A stretch of 64,000 nt of DNA, from the NCBI GenBank assembly GCA_965655095.1, contig OZ296649.1, forward strand, positions 38,626,001 through 38,690,000, written 5' to 3'. The position numbers were made by a program, and so were the translations under genes. The notes under the pieces are model-generated. The model made no database searches and had not been told where the DNA came from. It saw only the letters and a list, made by a program, of their open reading frames with translations. This DNA is from Haplodiscus bocki (lineage: Eukaryota). Numbering within the stretch: position 1 is the stretch's first letter; each line of letters starts with the position of its first letter. Shown here piece by piece: positions 23,572 to 37,820 of this stretch.

Positions 23572-26500
23572 CGAAAAAAGGGAATTTTTTAAATCAGAAG
23601 GAAAATGGGACTTAGAATATTTTTGTGGATTCAGAGTTGGACTTGAATTTTTTTCATCAAGGAAAAGCAAAGAGAAGAGGGAGTTTTGACTAAGACTTAT
23701 TTTGTCCGAAGAAAAAAGGGAAGAGGAATTGGACTTAGAACAATTTTGTCCAAGAGAGTAAGAGGGAGAAAGGGAGTTGGACTTGGAATAATTTGTCCCA
23801 GTAAAGGGGAGAAGAAGAGTAAAGTAAAGCAAGTCAGAGGAGGAGTGAGGAGTCCCGTCCGTTAAGCGGGAAGGAAAATTATGATCGAGTCCGTTTCCCA
23901 GATCGGCTCCAAAATAACAGCATGCTGCCATGTCATGCAACCATTAAAAAAACGGCTTGTACCAAGTATGTAAGCACCGGGAGCCAATAGGAAAATAGCT
24001 CTTGTTAGAATTTTTTGTAAAAATGATTTGTGCAACTCTAACGGTTTATTCATTCCATCAGCTTTTTTACTCTTTTTTATTCAATTCTTACCGCCACCGG
24101 CATCATCGCAAAAGGTTAGTTTTCATTAATTAACCTTTTATTTATATAACGTTCAAGCGTTGTGTGTAACGCGATAATACATAAGTGATCCATTATAGGA
24201 GATGCTTTCAGGTTGGTATAGTCGTTTTTTAGTGGAAAGGAAGCTAATAGCAGTTTTTATCCCACCATGTCTTTTACTGAACGTTGCATGATGTCAAACC
24301 TCTTCATAACGCGTTCTTTTAGAGCATGAGCTCGAATGCGAAGAAGGAGTGGTTCAGCCAGGAGTTGGTTGATGTTTCTTCTTGCGTTTACTGGCCTCAA
24401 CTGGCGAAACGGCTGCGGGCTCACCTCATTACGAATTTAGTTGAAAATAAAAGCGTATGTCCTTGCACAGGGTCCCGTTCATCTTCGCGTTTGATGAGCG
24501 CGGACGCGCTTGCATTCTTCGTAAGATAGTTGATCAATAAGAATATTCTTTTGTTTCGATCTAATTAATCTGGTTTATGCAAGTAAAATTTCCTATTTGT
24601 GCTGCATTAGTCAATGTCCCCATCAGGTTGAATAATTTTCCAGCAACGTACTCAACTGGTTCGGGTTCATGGGCAAGAGTTTCTTTCCGTCCGGTGGGAC
24701 TGTGGTAGTGGTTCAATAAGTTGATCAGATTGTCACCAGTGCTTCAACCAGCCTCCATAGATTAGGCCTTCTTTGAAACTGTTAATCCAGGATGCTCTCT
24801 TGATAAGGAGCGAGCAGAGTTTTTTTAAAAAAAATTGGATCGGCCGGTTTAACATGCGTTATGTACCTGTCGTCGAACAGGCCAGATTGGTCCTTCTGAT
24901 TGGGCACCAAGGTTACCCTGTGGTTTGGGATGGCAAGCCGAATGTATATTTTTGAAGGGAGATCGTGGACATCCAAAGTTGCTGAAGACAATTATCTTCT
25001 CCTAGAGGATCATTTAGCGCGTGCGAAGTTGCCCATGGTGATAGTCAGATTCAGAATGGACGAATTAGGAGGCTTTTCAGCTGTACCTCCAACAATTTGA
25101 GTTTCAACTGTCTTCAACTCAATTGCTACTGGAGGTCAACTTTACACTTGTTCGGCCACAACTTTTCGTATTTCCACCGTATGTTGCTTTGTTGATGAAA
25201 AGCGCGCAGCACGGTTGTTTTCCTAGTACAAAAAGTATCAGCGTAATTGTTTATGTACCTTTGGCAAGCACTACTGACCGAATTGGTTTTTTTGCGGGGG
25301 AAACTCTGTTCGGATCTCGGACCAAACGTACTCAAAGGCTTTTTTCAACTCTTGATCAACCTGAGTAATTTCAATAGCTGCCAAATCTTAATGCTTCATG
25401 AGAATTAATGACATGGTCAAAAATTGGTGTTTGTTTGAGTTTTGTTAGCCTCTAGTTCAGCCAACTGCCTTCTAAAAGGTACAGAGTTTACCGTTGTTTG
25501 GTCTTCGGAATCCTATCAGTCAATAACAAGCGTAGAGTTAGCACCCCAATTGCTACATAAAACAGCAGATGACTGGGAGGGACTACCGTGCCAAACTTGG
25601 TGCTTCGTTTTATTTTAATTCAGTCTTGTCATCTGCTCCACAGTTGCCCGAGCGCAAATTGCGACATTTGACCTCGTTACCTATGATTAAAAGTTTCTGC
25701 AAATTTTTCAAAAGATATGAAATGTCATTCTCAAACTGGCTTATACTAACTTTTAGGAGAGTATCGCGTACCTGGCGAGTCCGACGTACGACTATTTCAG
25801 ACAAACTAGGCCGGCGAAAACTACTTCTAGTTCCAATTTTGCAGTCACGCAATCAGCAAAAATCCAGATCGTGTAAAACAACCAGCCGCCAATGGGCAGA
25901 GTCAAAATTACTTGCACTGATTTTTGAGAAGAAATTCTGATTGCCACAGTTAACCACTGAATACACTTGACAAGATGTTGACTTGAACGTCTTCCATATC
26001 TTGCCAAATCACCCCATAAAAAAACTTAGCATAGTGGCAAAATGATCATAGGCCCGTCCCTGGTCTTCATAATCACCATGTTTGTCTATTTATCACGAAC
26101 TTGAAAACACAAAAGCAGCATTTTTTGTGACAGAAGTTATCGAGAAAATCATATTCTGAAGAAAACATTCTGAAGTGACTATGTGCTTGCCTGTTGATGC
26201 TTTCTGTACTTGAAGTGACTATCCCGATGAGTTAACCTTTATTTGGTTGCATGTCACTTTTCGGGTTCCTGGCGGCTAAATTAGCGTAAAAATGATTTTT
26301 CAGAATGTCCTTCTTATTTTTATTTGCCTCAGACTGGCATTTTGTGTGGACAAAGTAGCTCTATTTGTAGTAACTGTTCGATTTCATTGTACGGAAACGC
26401 TCGAGGATGCTTGAAAATTCATAAGCTTCATTAACTTTCCAGTCTCATAGCGATTGTGAAGCCACCTACCTTCCGTGTGACCTCTAGCCCATCATCTTCA

Positions 26501-29070
26501 AGAAACCTAATACTAACTACAACTCAGTTTAGTGCATGTGAAAATGGTCTTCCTCTAGTTTCAACCCCAATCCTTACAAAGATCACCTTTCTGTGCTATA
26601 ATGACAAGAACTTCAGCTTTTCTGGACTAAAAAAAGTTTTCGTGAAGTGCTTCCGGAAAATATCTTCAAAATTTCGTGTTCCTCTTGTGCCTCAATAAGG
26701 CCATAACGAACTTCCGATAGGGGTCCATCGCCCCGGCAAAACAAGTGACTCGCAACTACATCTTACTTTCTTCATGGTTAATAAGAACCAAATTGAAAAC
26801 AACATTGATAATAAATGAAGGAGGATTTACCAAACAGTGTTTCGCCCTCTACAATAAATGACCGATTTTGAGTTTGTGTTATGTTCATTCTGTTCACTTA
26901 TTGGTTTCAATCGTTGTTTTTTCTCTTGGCTCTCAAAGTATTAGTATTAGTGACAGGTGTTGCCGCAAAGGTTGAACTTTCAAGTCTCAAAACTATAATT
27001 GTTCTAGTCAAAACATCTGTTCCAAGTAATTGCCTTTCTTTTCCTATCAAAAAACATGACCAAGTGCCTTGTCCAATCTCCACATCATCATGTTCTTTGA
27101 TAATCGTGTGCCGAAAGAAACCAATTGATAGCTTCTGGAGGTTGCCAGAAGTCTGTTTTAATGAAGTCAACTCAGACTAGATCGAAAGACAAGACGAATA
27201 GGCAATTTTTTCACCTTCGTGTGAAAAGTTGAACGTTTTATGGTTCTCCCGAGTGTTTTGTATTGGCACCTCGAAAAGCAACACTGAAGTCTCCTTGAGG
27301 GTCATCGTTTTTCGTTACACTAGAATAAAAGTTGATTGGCCATAGCGTTGCTGGATGAAGTCATTTCCATATTCTGATTTCGATCAAGATTTTTGTTTTT
27401 CGGATTAACTATGGTGGAGGTTAAGTCCCTGACCAACTCGCTCGAAATGTAACTCTACTTGTTTATTCTGTCATGCTTCAATGTCAAGTAAACCGCATTG
27501 CGAGTTCGAACATCCGCATTGCATACAAGAGCTGCTGGTCAAAAATCATGCTTTTCTTGCGCTGAAATGTTAACCAGTTGAGAACATTGCTCCAACTCTT
27601 CTCCAGTGGAAATACTTCAAAAGTGAACAATTTGAAATGAATTGATATCGGTACAAAAACACGTAGTACTAACTTGATACTTGTTACAAAAGCAAATAAT
27701 AATGGGAATCGTTTAGAAGACTTTGGCTTTTGTTGGCATTGAGAGGCACCATGGCGTTTGACGGAAACAGAGTTTTTGTCCCATTCACTTCAGTGAACTT
27801 GTTGAAGGACTACAAGATGATTGTTGTGTTTTTTTTCATTAGCAGTATTGTTGCTTTTCTTTCATTTTTATTATATCGAAAGAAAATCATCCACTCAAAT
27901 GGTGCATTTTTCTACCCGATTTTTGCCAACTGCGTTCACGTTGTTACGGATGCTCGTTCACGTTTGGAAAAAAATTTTGAAACGCCCAAAATGTTCGTCT
28001 GGACAAGTAGAATGCAGTTTTGTCAACCCTGTCGAAAACTTCTCGCAAAAGGTCCGACAAATTTTTTGCTCGTAGTCAGAAAATAGTTATAAAATTATAA
28101 GTTCCTCAAGAAAATGTTGTACTTGAAAAAGTTCTTCCAGACAGGTAAGTTATTCCGAAAGTTATTCGCTCGAAGTCCAAAAATAATTATTTATAAAATT
28201 GTGCTTTTTCGAGAAAAAAATCATTTTTTTTCTCATAAAGAACTCCTCGAGGAAGCAGTATTTTTTTTAAAAAATGATTTCATCCTTTCAAAAGGCATCT
28301 TGAACAAATTAGTGGGTGCAAAGTTCACCCGTGCAAGCCGGCCGTCTTGTTTGAAACGTTGTTCCAATCAATAGAGCTCTCAACTCTTGGGATTAATGTA
28401 GAAGGAGCGCTGAGAGGGTTTCTCCGTCCGTTAATCTGCCACCAGAATTTCTGATACAAGCAATGGATTTGGATTGAGGTTTTTCTATGCTATGTTAAAT
28501 CCATCAACGGATTCAATTAGAGTGACTCTCAATTTCGACAGAACGTCGATGACAGCTAAATGTTTCGAATAAGATGTAAGCATTATTATAGAGAAACTTC
28601 AGACAACGCAATTGATGTTTTGAGGGAAAAATTTTTGAGATTGCTAAAATATTGACTCCATAAGGAGCTAACATACCATATCATGTTTTCTTTTATTGGT
28701 GCTTAAATCTAATTAGCTGAAGTTTCGCGATTTGGTTTTTCAGGTTAATCGTACCATTCAAGGAACTTCTTTTGGTTATAAAGGTGACTGAAAATTTGAT
28801 CCATCAAAGAGTTTCTATTTTTGGAAGATGTCTCTTTTGTTCACTTGCTATCAGCTTGAGTTCACGAGATAGATTACAGCAAGTTCTGCCATGGGATGGT
28901 TTTTGTTCGGAGAGAAACCGTCGCCGCACGTCTGCGAGGCTTGTGGACAGTCGTTCCATGAACCGAAGGGCATCCCAGACTCGTCGTCAACAAACTGAAA
29001 ACTGAAGACTGAAAACTTCACACATATATTTTTCATTCTTTTCATAAGTTGCATATAAATAATACGTAGT

Positions 29071-29626
29071 AGTTACGTATCAACCCCATGCACACATATG
29101 TAATTCATGTAAGCGATACCTAGTGCTTACGTTTCGTTTCATTTTTATCACTTCATGCAAAAGGCACGTATCCTATACGTGCAATTCTGGTGTACTGATC
29201 CCGATTGGGACGGTAAGACTACGGAACAAACAGATACTCACTTATTTCCCTCATTGTTTTTTTATATGATTAAAATGTGTTACAGTTATAATTAATTTAC
29301 ATATTTATTATATAAATCCCACTTTTTGATAAATGGTGCAGTAATTGACAATCTCAATAAGTTTGCTGTATGACTGTTACTTGAAGCGTCACTTTAAAAG
29401 TGATTAATTGTTGCGTATGTGTTCCGTCGCAACCAATCTGGTGACGTCATTCAAATTTAATCCAATCGCTGTGCTAGTACGCTGTGTCATTTTGGACGAA
29501 CACGGAACGGTTACGTAGCCATCCATTTCATTCCTCTCAGCAGCACTGCGGAGAGCAGTTCTACAAGCGCCTACGTAGTCGTTCCGGAACGCTTCGGCCA
29601 AAATGTGGAACCAGCTGGAAGTAACA
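29071..29626. mobile_element. Possible solo LTR
   Basis: Ends AGTTAC ... GTAACA (near TGTTAC/GTAACA inverted termini), with internal TATAAA and AATAA. No TSD found. Confidence 0.25.
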
Positions 29627-31729
29627 AAGAACGGGTTAGGAAAAAGCCTAGCCCTGTTCCAAAAGCGGATTTAATCGATGCAATAGTATTCCCAAGCATG
29701 TAATTATGATTTTTCTATGAAAATTTTAGTGCAATTCTCAGTACTTTCCCCTTATGGAAAATCTTTTTGATCTTTTGTTCATGTTGTTATTCATTGTGTC
29801 GGCGCGGGAATGAGCACTTTATGATGAATTACACCCTTACATTTTTCTGTCAAAAGATGGAAGAGACGCGGTCTACGAAGGAAAAAATGGACGGAAAGGT
29901 TTTTTTCTCACCAGAGTCGGCATTTCTCCTTTGTAATAAATTTGATAAAAGTATTTTTGCATAATTGTACATTGAATTGGCGTGTAAACAATTATGCTTC
30001 CCGCCAAAGAAAGTTACAGATAAGAGACGAAAATACTATTTTTATTATATAAAGTGCAGCCTTGGGTACTGTTGAAGGAAGTCTTCTCCATTATTAACTG
30101 TTTGTACTGATTGAAAGTTTTCCTCTCTAAAATAGGAGATTGCTTTTCGCTAAAACATCAACTGATATTAAAAATAAGAAACTCTAATTCAGTCCTAAAA
30201 ACTGCAGAGCTTTTCCTTCTTCCGCGTTATGGCAACACTAAGGAAGAAGTGAAAGTTAGCAGCCGTTTCGAGAGATACACAGAAAACTGCTAGGAACGGC
30301 CAGTCACAGAACATTTTCATTCCGGCAATGACTGAAGAGTACATTACCCAAGTGTCAGAGGAAAAAGAAAGGAGGAACACTTAAAAATTGTCTCAGGAAT
30401 TTAGTCGGTCGGAGTCACGCATTATCAGTGCTTTGTCAAAGGTCGACGGATTTCTTCTGAACCCGCCAGTACAGACTTGCTCCGGAACCTCTCCGGGAAC
30501 ATCCCGAAACAACGATCCAAAAAACCAGGAACCCACTGGGAATTGTTCCCTGAATGATCGCTATCCCGAAGTGGAGTTTTCTGTTCGTACTTCAGTTGAT
30601 TCAGACCGGGACGAGACCTCTCAAAGAAACACAAAAAAAGTTTTCGTTACTTAGAGAAACCAACAAACTACTCAACATAAATTTTTACTGTTTTCTGTAG
30701 CTGTCAAAGTAATTCAAGTGAATCCCAACCAGCACCGTGTTTAAAGAAGCTCAACAGCTTGTGATTTTCGCCTATGAGAGGCGATTAACAATTTTATGTT
30801 CAGAAAATTTGAGTTGTTGCGACTACAAAAAAATTGTATGCACATGTCCAAATGGTGCGCTGTATTAACCAGTAACTTCCGGTATTAAACGTGGGCACTG
30901 CCACCAATTTCACTTGTCAGAGTTTTCTTCTAAGCTTTCTGTGAGCAATTCGCAAAATTCTTTTCAATTTTTGTTGAAAATTGATGCGCATAGTTTTGAA
31001 TTGCAATGAAAATTTTAATGAATCAGAGTGATAAATTCTTGTGGATTATTGTATGATGAGGAAAAGTACCGCGCATCTTGTTAAGTATTGACTCTATTTT
31101 CTCAACAGAAAGCTGCAATCACCTTTAGTTTCAGTTTTTTCAGCGGAACTTGGGGAAAGCCATTTTGGTCTATTCAACTTGTTTCTTGATGATATGGATT
31201 GTCTGCTGTCTTTCCCAAGTGAGAAGCTTGAGGGCCAGGGATGCTCATGAGTGGGTTTGTGGCGCAATTCCAATTGGCGCAGATGCTTGTTGAACAGTTT
31301 GTTTTTCTGATCTTCTGTTTGAACTTTCTGCATGTTGTGGGTTTCAGTGGCGATGATGATTGAATTGATGATGTGGAGTAGTTATTTCCTCATCTGAATG
31401 CATTTTGGATGCGCCGTGGAAACTTCACCAGGACCGACTAAAAAAATGATTGGTTTGTTTCTGTTCGACTCCAAAAAAAGACAAAGTCTGGCGAAGTTGA
31501 AGAAAAGTTCTCGTTTCATCTCAAAGTTTTTTTTCGAAGACTTTGTTGTCTCCATTGTAATGCAGTAGCTTTGTTCCAAGTGAAATAAAATTAAGCGGGT
31601 GCAACCAATTGTTCCAAAATTGAGGCCGAGCTGAATGCGAGCTAAAACCGAAGTATTTAAACTCTCTTGAAGCATAGAAATGAAGAGAAAATTCCACTTT
31701 TTTCAACTGTAGTTCAAGCAAAAGGGTTT

Positions 31730-32480
31730 TTAATCATGAATTCATTTCCCACCTAAAAAGTAGGGAGCATCCCATTGTTGTTGACTTATTTCGAGAAGCT
31801 AGTGGTACTTTTGTGTTTATCATACAAAAAGAAACTGACAGGCAAAATAGGTTTTGTGATAATGCTTGCATTCTACCATGCAAAACCATTCGCCAATCAC
31901 TACCAAATGTCTTGTGACAAAACGATATTTCGTAGTGACACGGCTTGCCCGGAAGCACAACCTAAGTTTTGGAACTGGCAAAAGAATCGATGCTGTATCT
32001 TTGTTTTTTTTGCTATCTACACTGATTTAAAAGCGCCGATGGATACAGAGCCGGTCAGTGGGAGAAGTTCAAATTTTGTTCTGGAAAAGGAGCTTCCATT
32101 TCACTATGGTGTGGCAAATATTGATTCCGGTGTATAAAAGTTATGAAAAGTCTCTCCACTTTGCACTAAACAAAATGATCAGATTGAATTATTTCATGGA
32201 ATTTGCTTGACGGTTGTGATAGAGCAAGCCAAACATACCGCCAACTAAATAAGGTAATAAACATAAGCAAGAAAGGCGGAGACTTTTGTCAACTGACAGA
32301 ATATGTTCCTTCTGCAGAATTGAAAATTAAAGAAAGCAACTCTCCATCAAAAATTTGGAACCATTCAGCAACAAACGCCTTTTCATTTTGAATGTAAATT
32401 GAAAGCTAATAGAGCTAAGTTCTTGACTGTTTCCTCCCACAATCTTTAAAGATATGATACGCAGCATGTTTTGAGATCCT
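31730..32480 (+). mobile_element. Decayed Polinton pPolB N-terminal/exonuclease fragment with an HNH (endonuclease VII)-like insert
   Basis: FAIYTDLKA (ExoI, from YADFE), a CxxC...NH...H.EC.L segment (from C..C...DHCH...AH..CNL) and TVSSHNL*RYDTQH (ExoII, from FHNL..YD.H). Confidence 0.65.
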
Positions 32481-32949
32481 TTTAGCTATGAACAACGGAA
32501 AAATTTTCACTCATAAAACGTAAGGATAAAAACTCCGCGAGAAAATCACACTTCGGAAAAAACGTCTATACAAGGAACCAACTATCCTTTATGCCTTGAA
32601 AAATTATCTCTGGACTGTTTTTTAATTAATGTTTCAATAACTTAACGGTCTCGCTGAAAAATCATTTTTACTCCGTGGTAAACAGCTGTCTTGTAGGATT
32701 ATTTGAGTATCTTCGCGAGTTTTCAGCACTTTTTATATTTTCCGGAAACACTGGGAGCAAAAAAAGTCTAGAGTAGCAAAACAAGTCAATGACAAAGAGA
32801 GCCAGGATAGTTCTGGATATCTAACAATTGTCATAAGTTGCTGGGCTTAGCTATCATCCTTTTCTTTTCTTCACTCCTGGTTAGTAACTCTCAGTTGACA
32901 TAGTTGAGAAGTTTTGCTTCGTCTCACGTTATGTTTGAAATTGATCGCC

Positions 32950-34331
32950 AAATCTTCTGATCTCAACTATCATTTTTAGTTTGGTGTCGATTTCGGCTAC
33001 AAACAAGGTAAAACAACAACTGTTTCCGAAAACAGATACGCGTCTTTTCAGTGAAAACTCCATCAAGGAAGTAGGTTGTCTTCGAAGCTGTAATGGAAGA
33101 AACGGAAAAGCAATTCTTCAATGTAACTGAACCCCCAGTCTTTTACTCATTTTACTCAATGTTTTTTTTAGCTGTGAGCTCTCTATAAACTGCACGTATG
33201 GAGCAACTTCTTCCCATCGGCAAATCTTTCTTGCAGATTTGAGATGACTATGAAAGACTTTTTTCTGCAGGTCGTCTTAGTGATGTTTGGATGCCCGATT
33301 GCAATAACCAGCGTTCTTCTGATTTCTCATATAAATTTTAGTTTGTCCATGTTACCTCAGGAACATCAGTTAGAACTCAACTCTTTTTTTATCTGCAACG
33401 TTTTTCGGGGTGAAAAATCCCCGGACACCTAAATTGGTTGAAATTATGTTTGACAAAAACAAGTAGACTTGTTATAAAACGATCAATAGTTTTACGTTGC
33501 GCGAAACTTGCAGCCACAAGCTCTTCAAAGAGTGCTGCCTTCCAAGCATAGCTTTTGTCTTTCAATTAAAACATGCCTGACTACATCAAGGTAAAACGGC
33601 TCCACTTCAAGTTTTCAACAACTTTTTCTAAAAAAAAATCTTGCTCTATGCGCTTTGTGGAATAGCAAGGAAAATTGAAAAATCCAGAAGATCGTATTGA
33701 ATGCGGAACAACCCAAAAAGGTAACCTTCACACCCAATTTGCAAGCAGTCAACATTATCCAATCAGGACGTAAATTCTGTTGTCTACAGTTTGAAATAAG
33801 CCCACCAAAAAAGTTTCTCATCCTACGGTTTTTAGAAATCTGCTTTAGACGTCTTTCACCGTTGTAAAAGGGATCCCAGATGTGGCGGTTCTCTGACTGT
33901 CGTTTATAAGGACACTTTATCTCACCGAAACACTTCAGATGTTTGTTGAGATTGAAAAGTTAATCCAACTTTTAGAAAAGTCTTTTTGCCCAAAGAAACG
34001 GCAAACTTGACGACTCAAAGAATCAAAAAAAGGTCAGAGTGACAGATGAGTTGGGCTGTTTTGATTCTGGAAGGGCTTGTTTTCTTTATAACAAGCAAAC
34101 AAAGCATCATAAACGGTATTGTGTGCAAGCAGAAGGCTGCAGGATTTAGACATTGCGGAAAAGACACAAGCTTAACCACATTCGTTGCCAACTCCATTAC
34201 GCTGCCAGCCTATGTGAACTACTCCAATGGGATTCTTGAAACAATAATTGCTGTCAACCGAATGAAGTTTGTAGAAGTGGTTCCACCAGAAACGTAATTT
34301 TTTGGACTGTGGAATCAAACCATTGGCAGAA
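32950..34331 (-). mobile_element. Decayed Gypsy-like RNase H/integrase fragment
   Basis: Minus-strand DNVDCL (end of RNase H), IAIGHPN (from AYHPQ) and RWEEVAPYVQF (from W...LP.V.FA). Confidence 0.4.
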
Positions 34332-34884
34332 NNNNNNNNNNNNNNNNNNNNNNNNNNNNNNNNNNNNNNNNNNNNNNNNNNNNNNNNNNNNNNNNNNNNN
34401 NNNNNNNNNNNNNNNNNNNNNNNNNNNNNNNNNNNNNNNNNNNNNNNNNNNNNNNNNNNNNNNNNNNNNNNNNNNNNNNNNNNNNNNNNNNNNNNNNNNN
34501 NNNNNNNNNNNNNNNNNNNNNNNNNNNNNNNNNNNNNNNNNNNNNNNNNNNNNNNNNNNNNNNNNNNNNNNNNNNNNNNNNNNNNNNNNNNNNNNNNNNN
34601 NNNNNNNNNNNNNNNNNNNNNNNNNNNNNNNNNNNNNNNNNNNNNNNNNNNNNNNNNNNNNNNNNNNNNNNNNNNNNNNNNNNNNNNNNNNNNNNNNNNN
34701 NNNNNNNNNNNNNNNNNNNNNNNNNNNNNNNNNNNNNNNNNNNNNNNNNNNNNNNNNNNNNNNNNNNNNNNNNNNNNNNNNNNNNNNNNNNNNNNNNNNN
34801 NNNNNNNNNNNNNNNNNNNNNNNNNNNNNNNNNNNNNNNNNNNNNNNNNNNNNNNNNNNNNNNNNNNNNNNNNNNNNNNNNNNN
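34332..34884. other. Assembly gap
   Basis: Run of N. Confidence 1.
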
Positions 34885-35499
34885 TAAGTGGTGTTGTCTG
34901 CTACTAATACAGTGTGGAGATTTTAGCGGCCTTACTTCAGTCAACCTCAATTGTATCACTTAGCAGTTCGCTTTCCCATCTCCTTCCCCTGTAAAACCTT
35001 GAATTTCTGTTTCCTACAAGTCATTAAGTTCGTCCAGGGTTTTAGTTTCCATTGGAAATGGTTTTATCATCTGGTCCAAGAAAGAAGCAACTGAATCGGA
35101 TTCTTTGTTTTTTTGAGTTTGGAAAACTAACTGATTTATATGAAAGCGATGAGTTCGATTAGTTGAATAAAACATGCAAACATCCCTCAACTGAATTCGA
35201 AGTTGCTGGAAACTATGAGACGGTGGATTGACACTGAGATAGCATTTTTTGAGTTTGACTGAATTCCCCAACAGTTGAGAAAAAATTTTCGCTGAAATAT
35301 TTGCTTTTTCGTTTGCACTCAAAATTTCCCTCGTCTTGAGCAAAACCTGTTTCTTTTACTTTTGTTGCAACGGAAAATTGATATCCAAATGTATCGCCCA
35401 ACTAGTACAAAATGTTTGGACGATATCCATTTTAGTTCTTTGTTTTAATTTTTGGTCCAGTAATTTCTTTTCCTAAGTTATTTTCACTTATAGGTAGTC

Positions 35500-36800
35500 T
35501 CCCAACAGAAAAAATTAGAGTCCGGAAAGACATAAATTTGTACTTCTGGAAGGATTCTAGAAAAAGTGTCTGAGCAACGGTAGATGAGAAAAAGGTACCA
35601 TAAATACAAGTGATGCTAATGAAAGACACAAAATAGAAGCCAATGTTGACACTGCTGGCTGAAGGCTGACGCATGTGGGGTTCAAACCAAACCAGATGTC
35701 CTCAATCAATTGGAATGGCTTTTTTCCCATTTTTGTATTTTTTGTTTTTTTTCCTTTATAAAGACTCTTCGCCAGTCTGACACCTCTATTGATCATCCGT
35801 CTGTGGGAGTTTGCTTTGAGGACTGCACTTTTGAAGTCATCCCTCAAACATTGCTTCTCCACCTTTTTAACAGGACGAGTCCTTATAGGAAGTTAGAAGA
35901 CCTCGTTGACATAGGTTGCAACAATTGAATAAGAAGATTAATTGCGAGACTGGAACCAGTCGGCTGGTTTTAACCGTCAAGCAGTTGATACCAGGCTTTG
36001 ATGAGGTCAAGTCCAACGGGAGAAAAGAAGTGATCAAATCCATATTTTTCAAGGCAACGTTTTTTCCATCTTTTTTGTGAACCCGAGCAAAAAAAATTGT
36101 TGCAGCGAACGGTTCCCGCAAATTTTTGAACAGGATAAGGCCTTTTCTCGCCAAACCCCATCAAACCGTCATTCGTGCGCTTCGGTTTCTGTGTTTTTAA
36201 GGTAATGTTCTATTGGTTGGGCAGTTGAATTGCAAACATAATGATAGCCCAGGCAATAGAGGCTGTTCACGGTGGACGTAGTTACCGCAAGAGTCTAACA
36301 ATTGAATTTTTGAAATCTTTTTTGCTGGTTTTTTCAAAAAGCTTCATTACAATTTTGTCATTTTTTTCCTTTCTTGGCCACTCTTGCAATGTTACTTTAC
36401 CACGGGGTTGTATCGTCAATTTCCGCTGTGAACAGAGATTCCATAAATTTCGATAGCTATGAACCGTGCCTTGCAAAACCAATTTGATATTCGATGCAGC
36501 TCTAGGATGAAAAAAGCGTGTGAAGTACTTTCCTGCCGAACATAAGTTGGTCAACATTGAGTGAATTGTTTGCCTTTTGTCACTCATGTAGCTTCCAGGT
36601 GTAAAGTGAATTTCGGGAAGTCTACAATTTTGAACAACTTGATGTGCATGATGCAGAATTTCAACGACTTGATCTTGTCACTTTTCTTTTCTGTGACATG
36701 GTAGACCTTTTCCCTCACATCATTTCGCGGAGTTCTGTCATCTTTGCACGGATCATATAACATTTGAGCCTAGTTCAGGTCTCTCTGCAAGCCACCACAG
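35500..36800 (-). mobile_element. Decayed DNA transposase, possibly Sola2-like
   Basis: Ordered weak matches VTLQEW, MGFGEK (from DFAEN), LLDG (from SDG) and NSHRRMINRGVRLAK (from SHGK...DG.GG..K). Confidence 0.35.
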
Positions 36801-37244
36801 ACAGTTTGCACAACATACTGAAATAGAGAATACATTTGTTAACTTCATACACTGAAGATTCAAACTCAAATCAGGTGAAGACAGCAGCAATCCATTTAAA
36901 AAGGTTTACCACAACAACTAGGGTTGAGCGGTACCTTGAAATTAATTATTCTAAGAAGTTCTAATACCTGGTCAAAATCTAAATTGATTCCACTACAAAA
37001 AATAATTGAAAAATGCAGTATTATCTCAATTTTTTGCAATAAAATATAGCTGCTGCAATCGAAATTGAAGTAAATTTGACAGGTAAAGCCAGTGGAATCT
37101 CTTAGTAGTGCCGCTGCCCGTTCTTTCTAGAATCTGCTTTGGTTCTCCGTATATCAAATTCATTTACGGAGTCGCTCTAAGCAGGGAAGATTATGTTTGT
37201 TTAACAAAAGTGACAATATTGCCAATATGGCAACAAGAAGTCTG

Positions 37245-37472
37245 AGTTTTCATTTGTTTCAAAATTTCGGATGCGAGGACGGTTGTTTTGAAAAGGTTCT
37301 TTTGGGATTTTCCTTGGGATTGTTTTAATGAAAAATACTTAAATTAAAAAAATTGAATTTAATTTCGGGTATATAAAAGTCCATTTAGATAGTACTCTGG
37401 CGTAGAAACCACAAGAGAGAAACACAGACAAGTTTACAAGCCACAGAGATAAAACTTTTCAGAGACATGTTT

Positions 37473-37512
<40 letters not shown>

Positions 37513-37820
37513 TTTTTGTGCTGATCAAGTTTCGGTGTCGAATGATGATGATTTTTAAGGCTCACAGTTTTCAATTTTTGTTGAGGACAAGAATTTTCAA
37601 AAGAATTCTCATGCCGGGGCTCCGAGCACAAACATGCAAGAAACGCAACAAGACTGTTGTTAAAAATACATATTATCGGAAGTTATGCAAAAAGGCACAT
37701 GAATTGAGGGGCTCGGTTGAAAGTTTCAGTAAAGTGAGAAAAGACAAGAATGTTTGAAAATTTCGCTTGATTTTTTTCTCTTTCTTCCTTTGGCTTAATT
37801 TTGTTTTCGCTTGCATTGCC
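37245..37820 (+). repeat. Dispersed repeat copy A, containing (GA)n at 37479-37507
   Basis: Collinear with 41250-41830 (TCGGATGCG.GGACGGTTG, ACTCTGGCGT.GAAACC, ATGCAAGAAACGCAACAAGA, TAAAGTGAGAAA). Confidence 0.8.

Noticed and set aside
27700-28352. Helentron-associated non-autonomous element (shares words with 6540-6810 in reverse, ends GCCGGCCGTCTTGT)
   Set aside because: Repeat similarity is visible but too weak to define the ends or the class by eye.
34302-34959. Long ORFs of 192-214 aa (and similar ones at 21997-22350)
   Set aside because: Artefacts of translation through N gaps.
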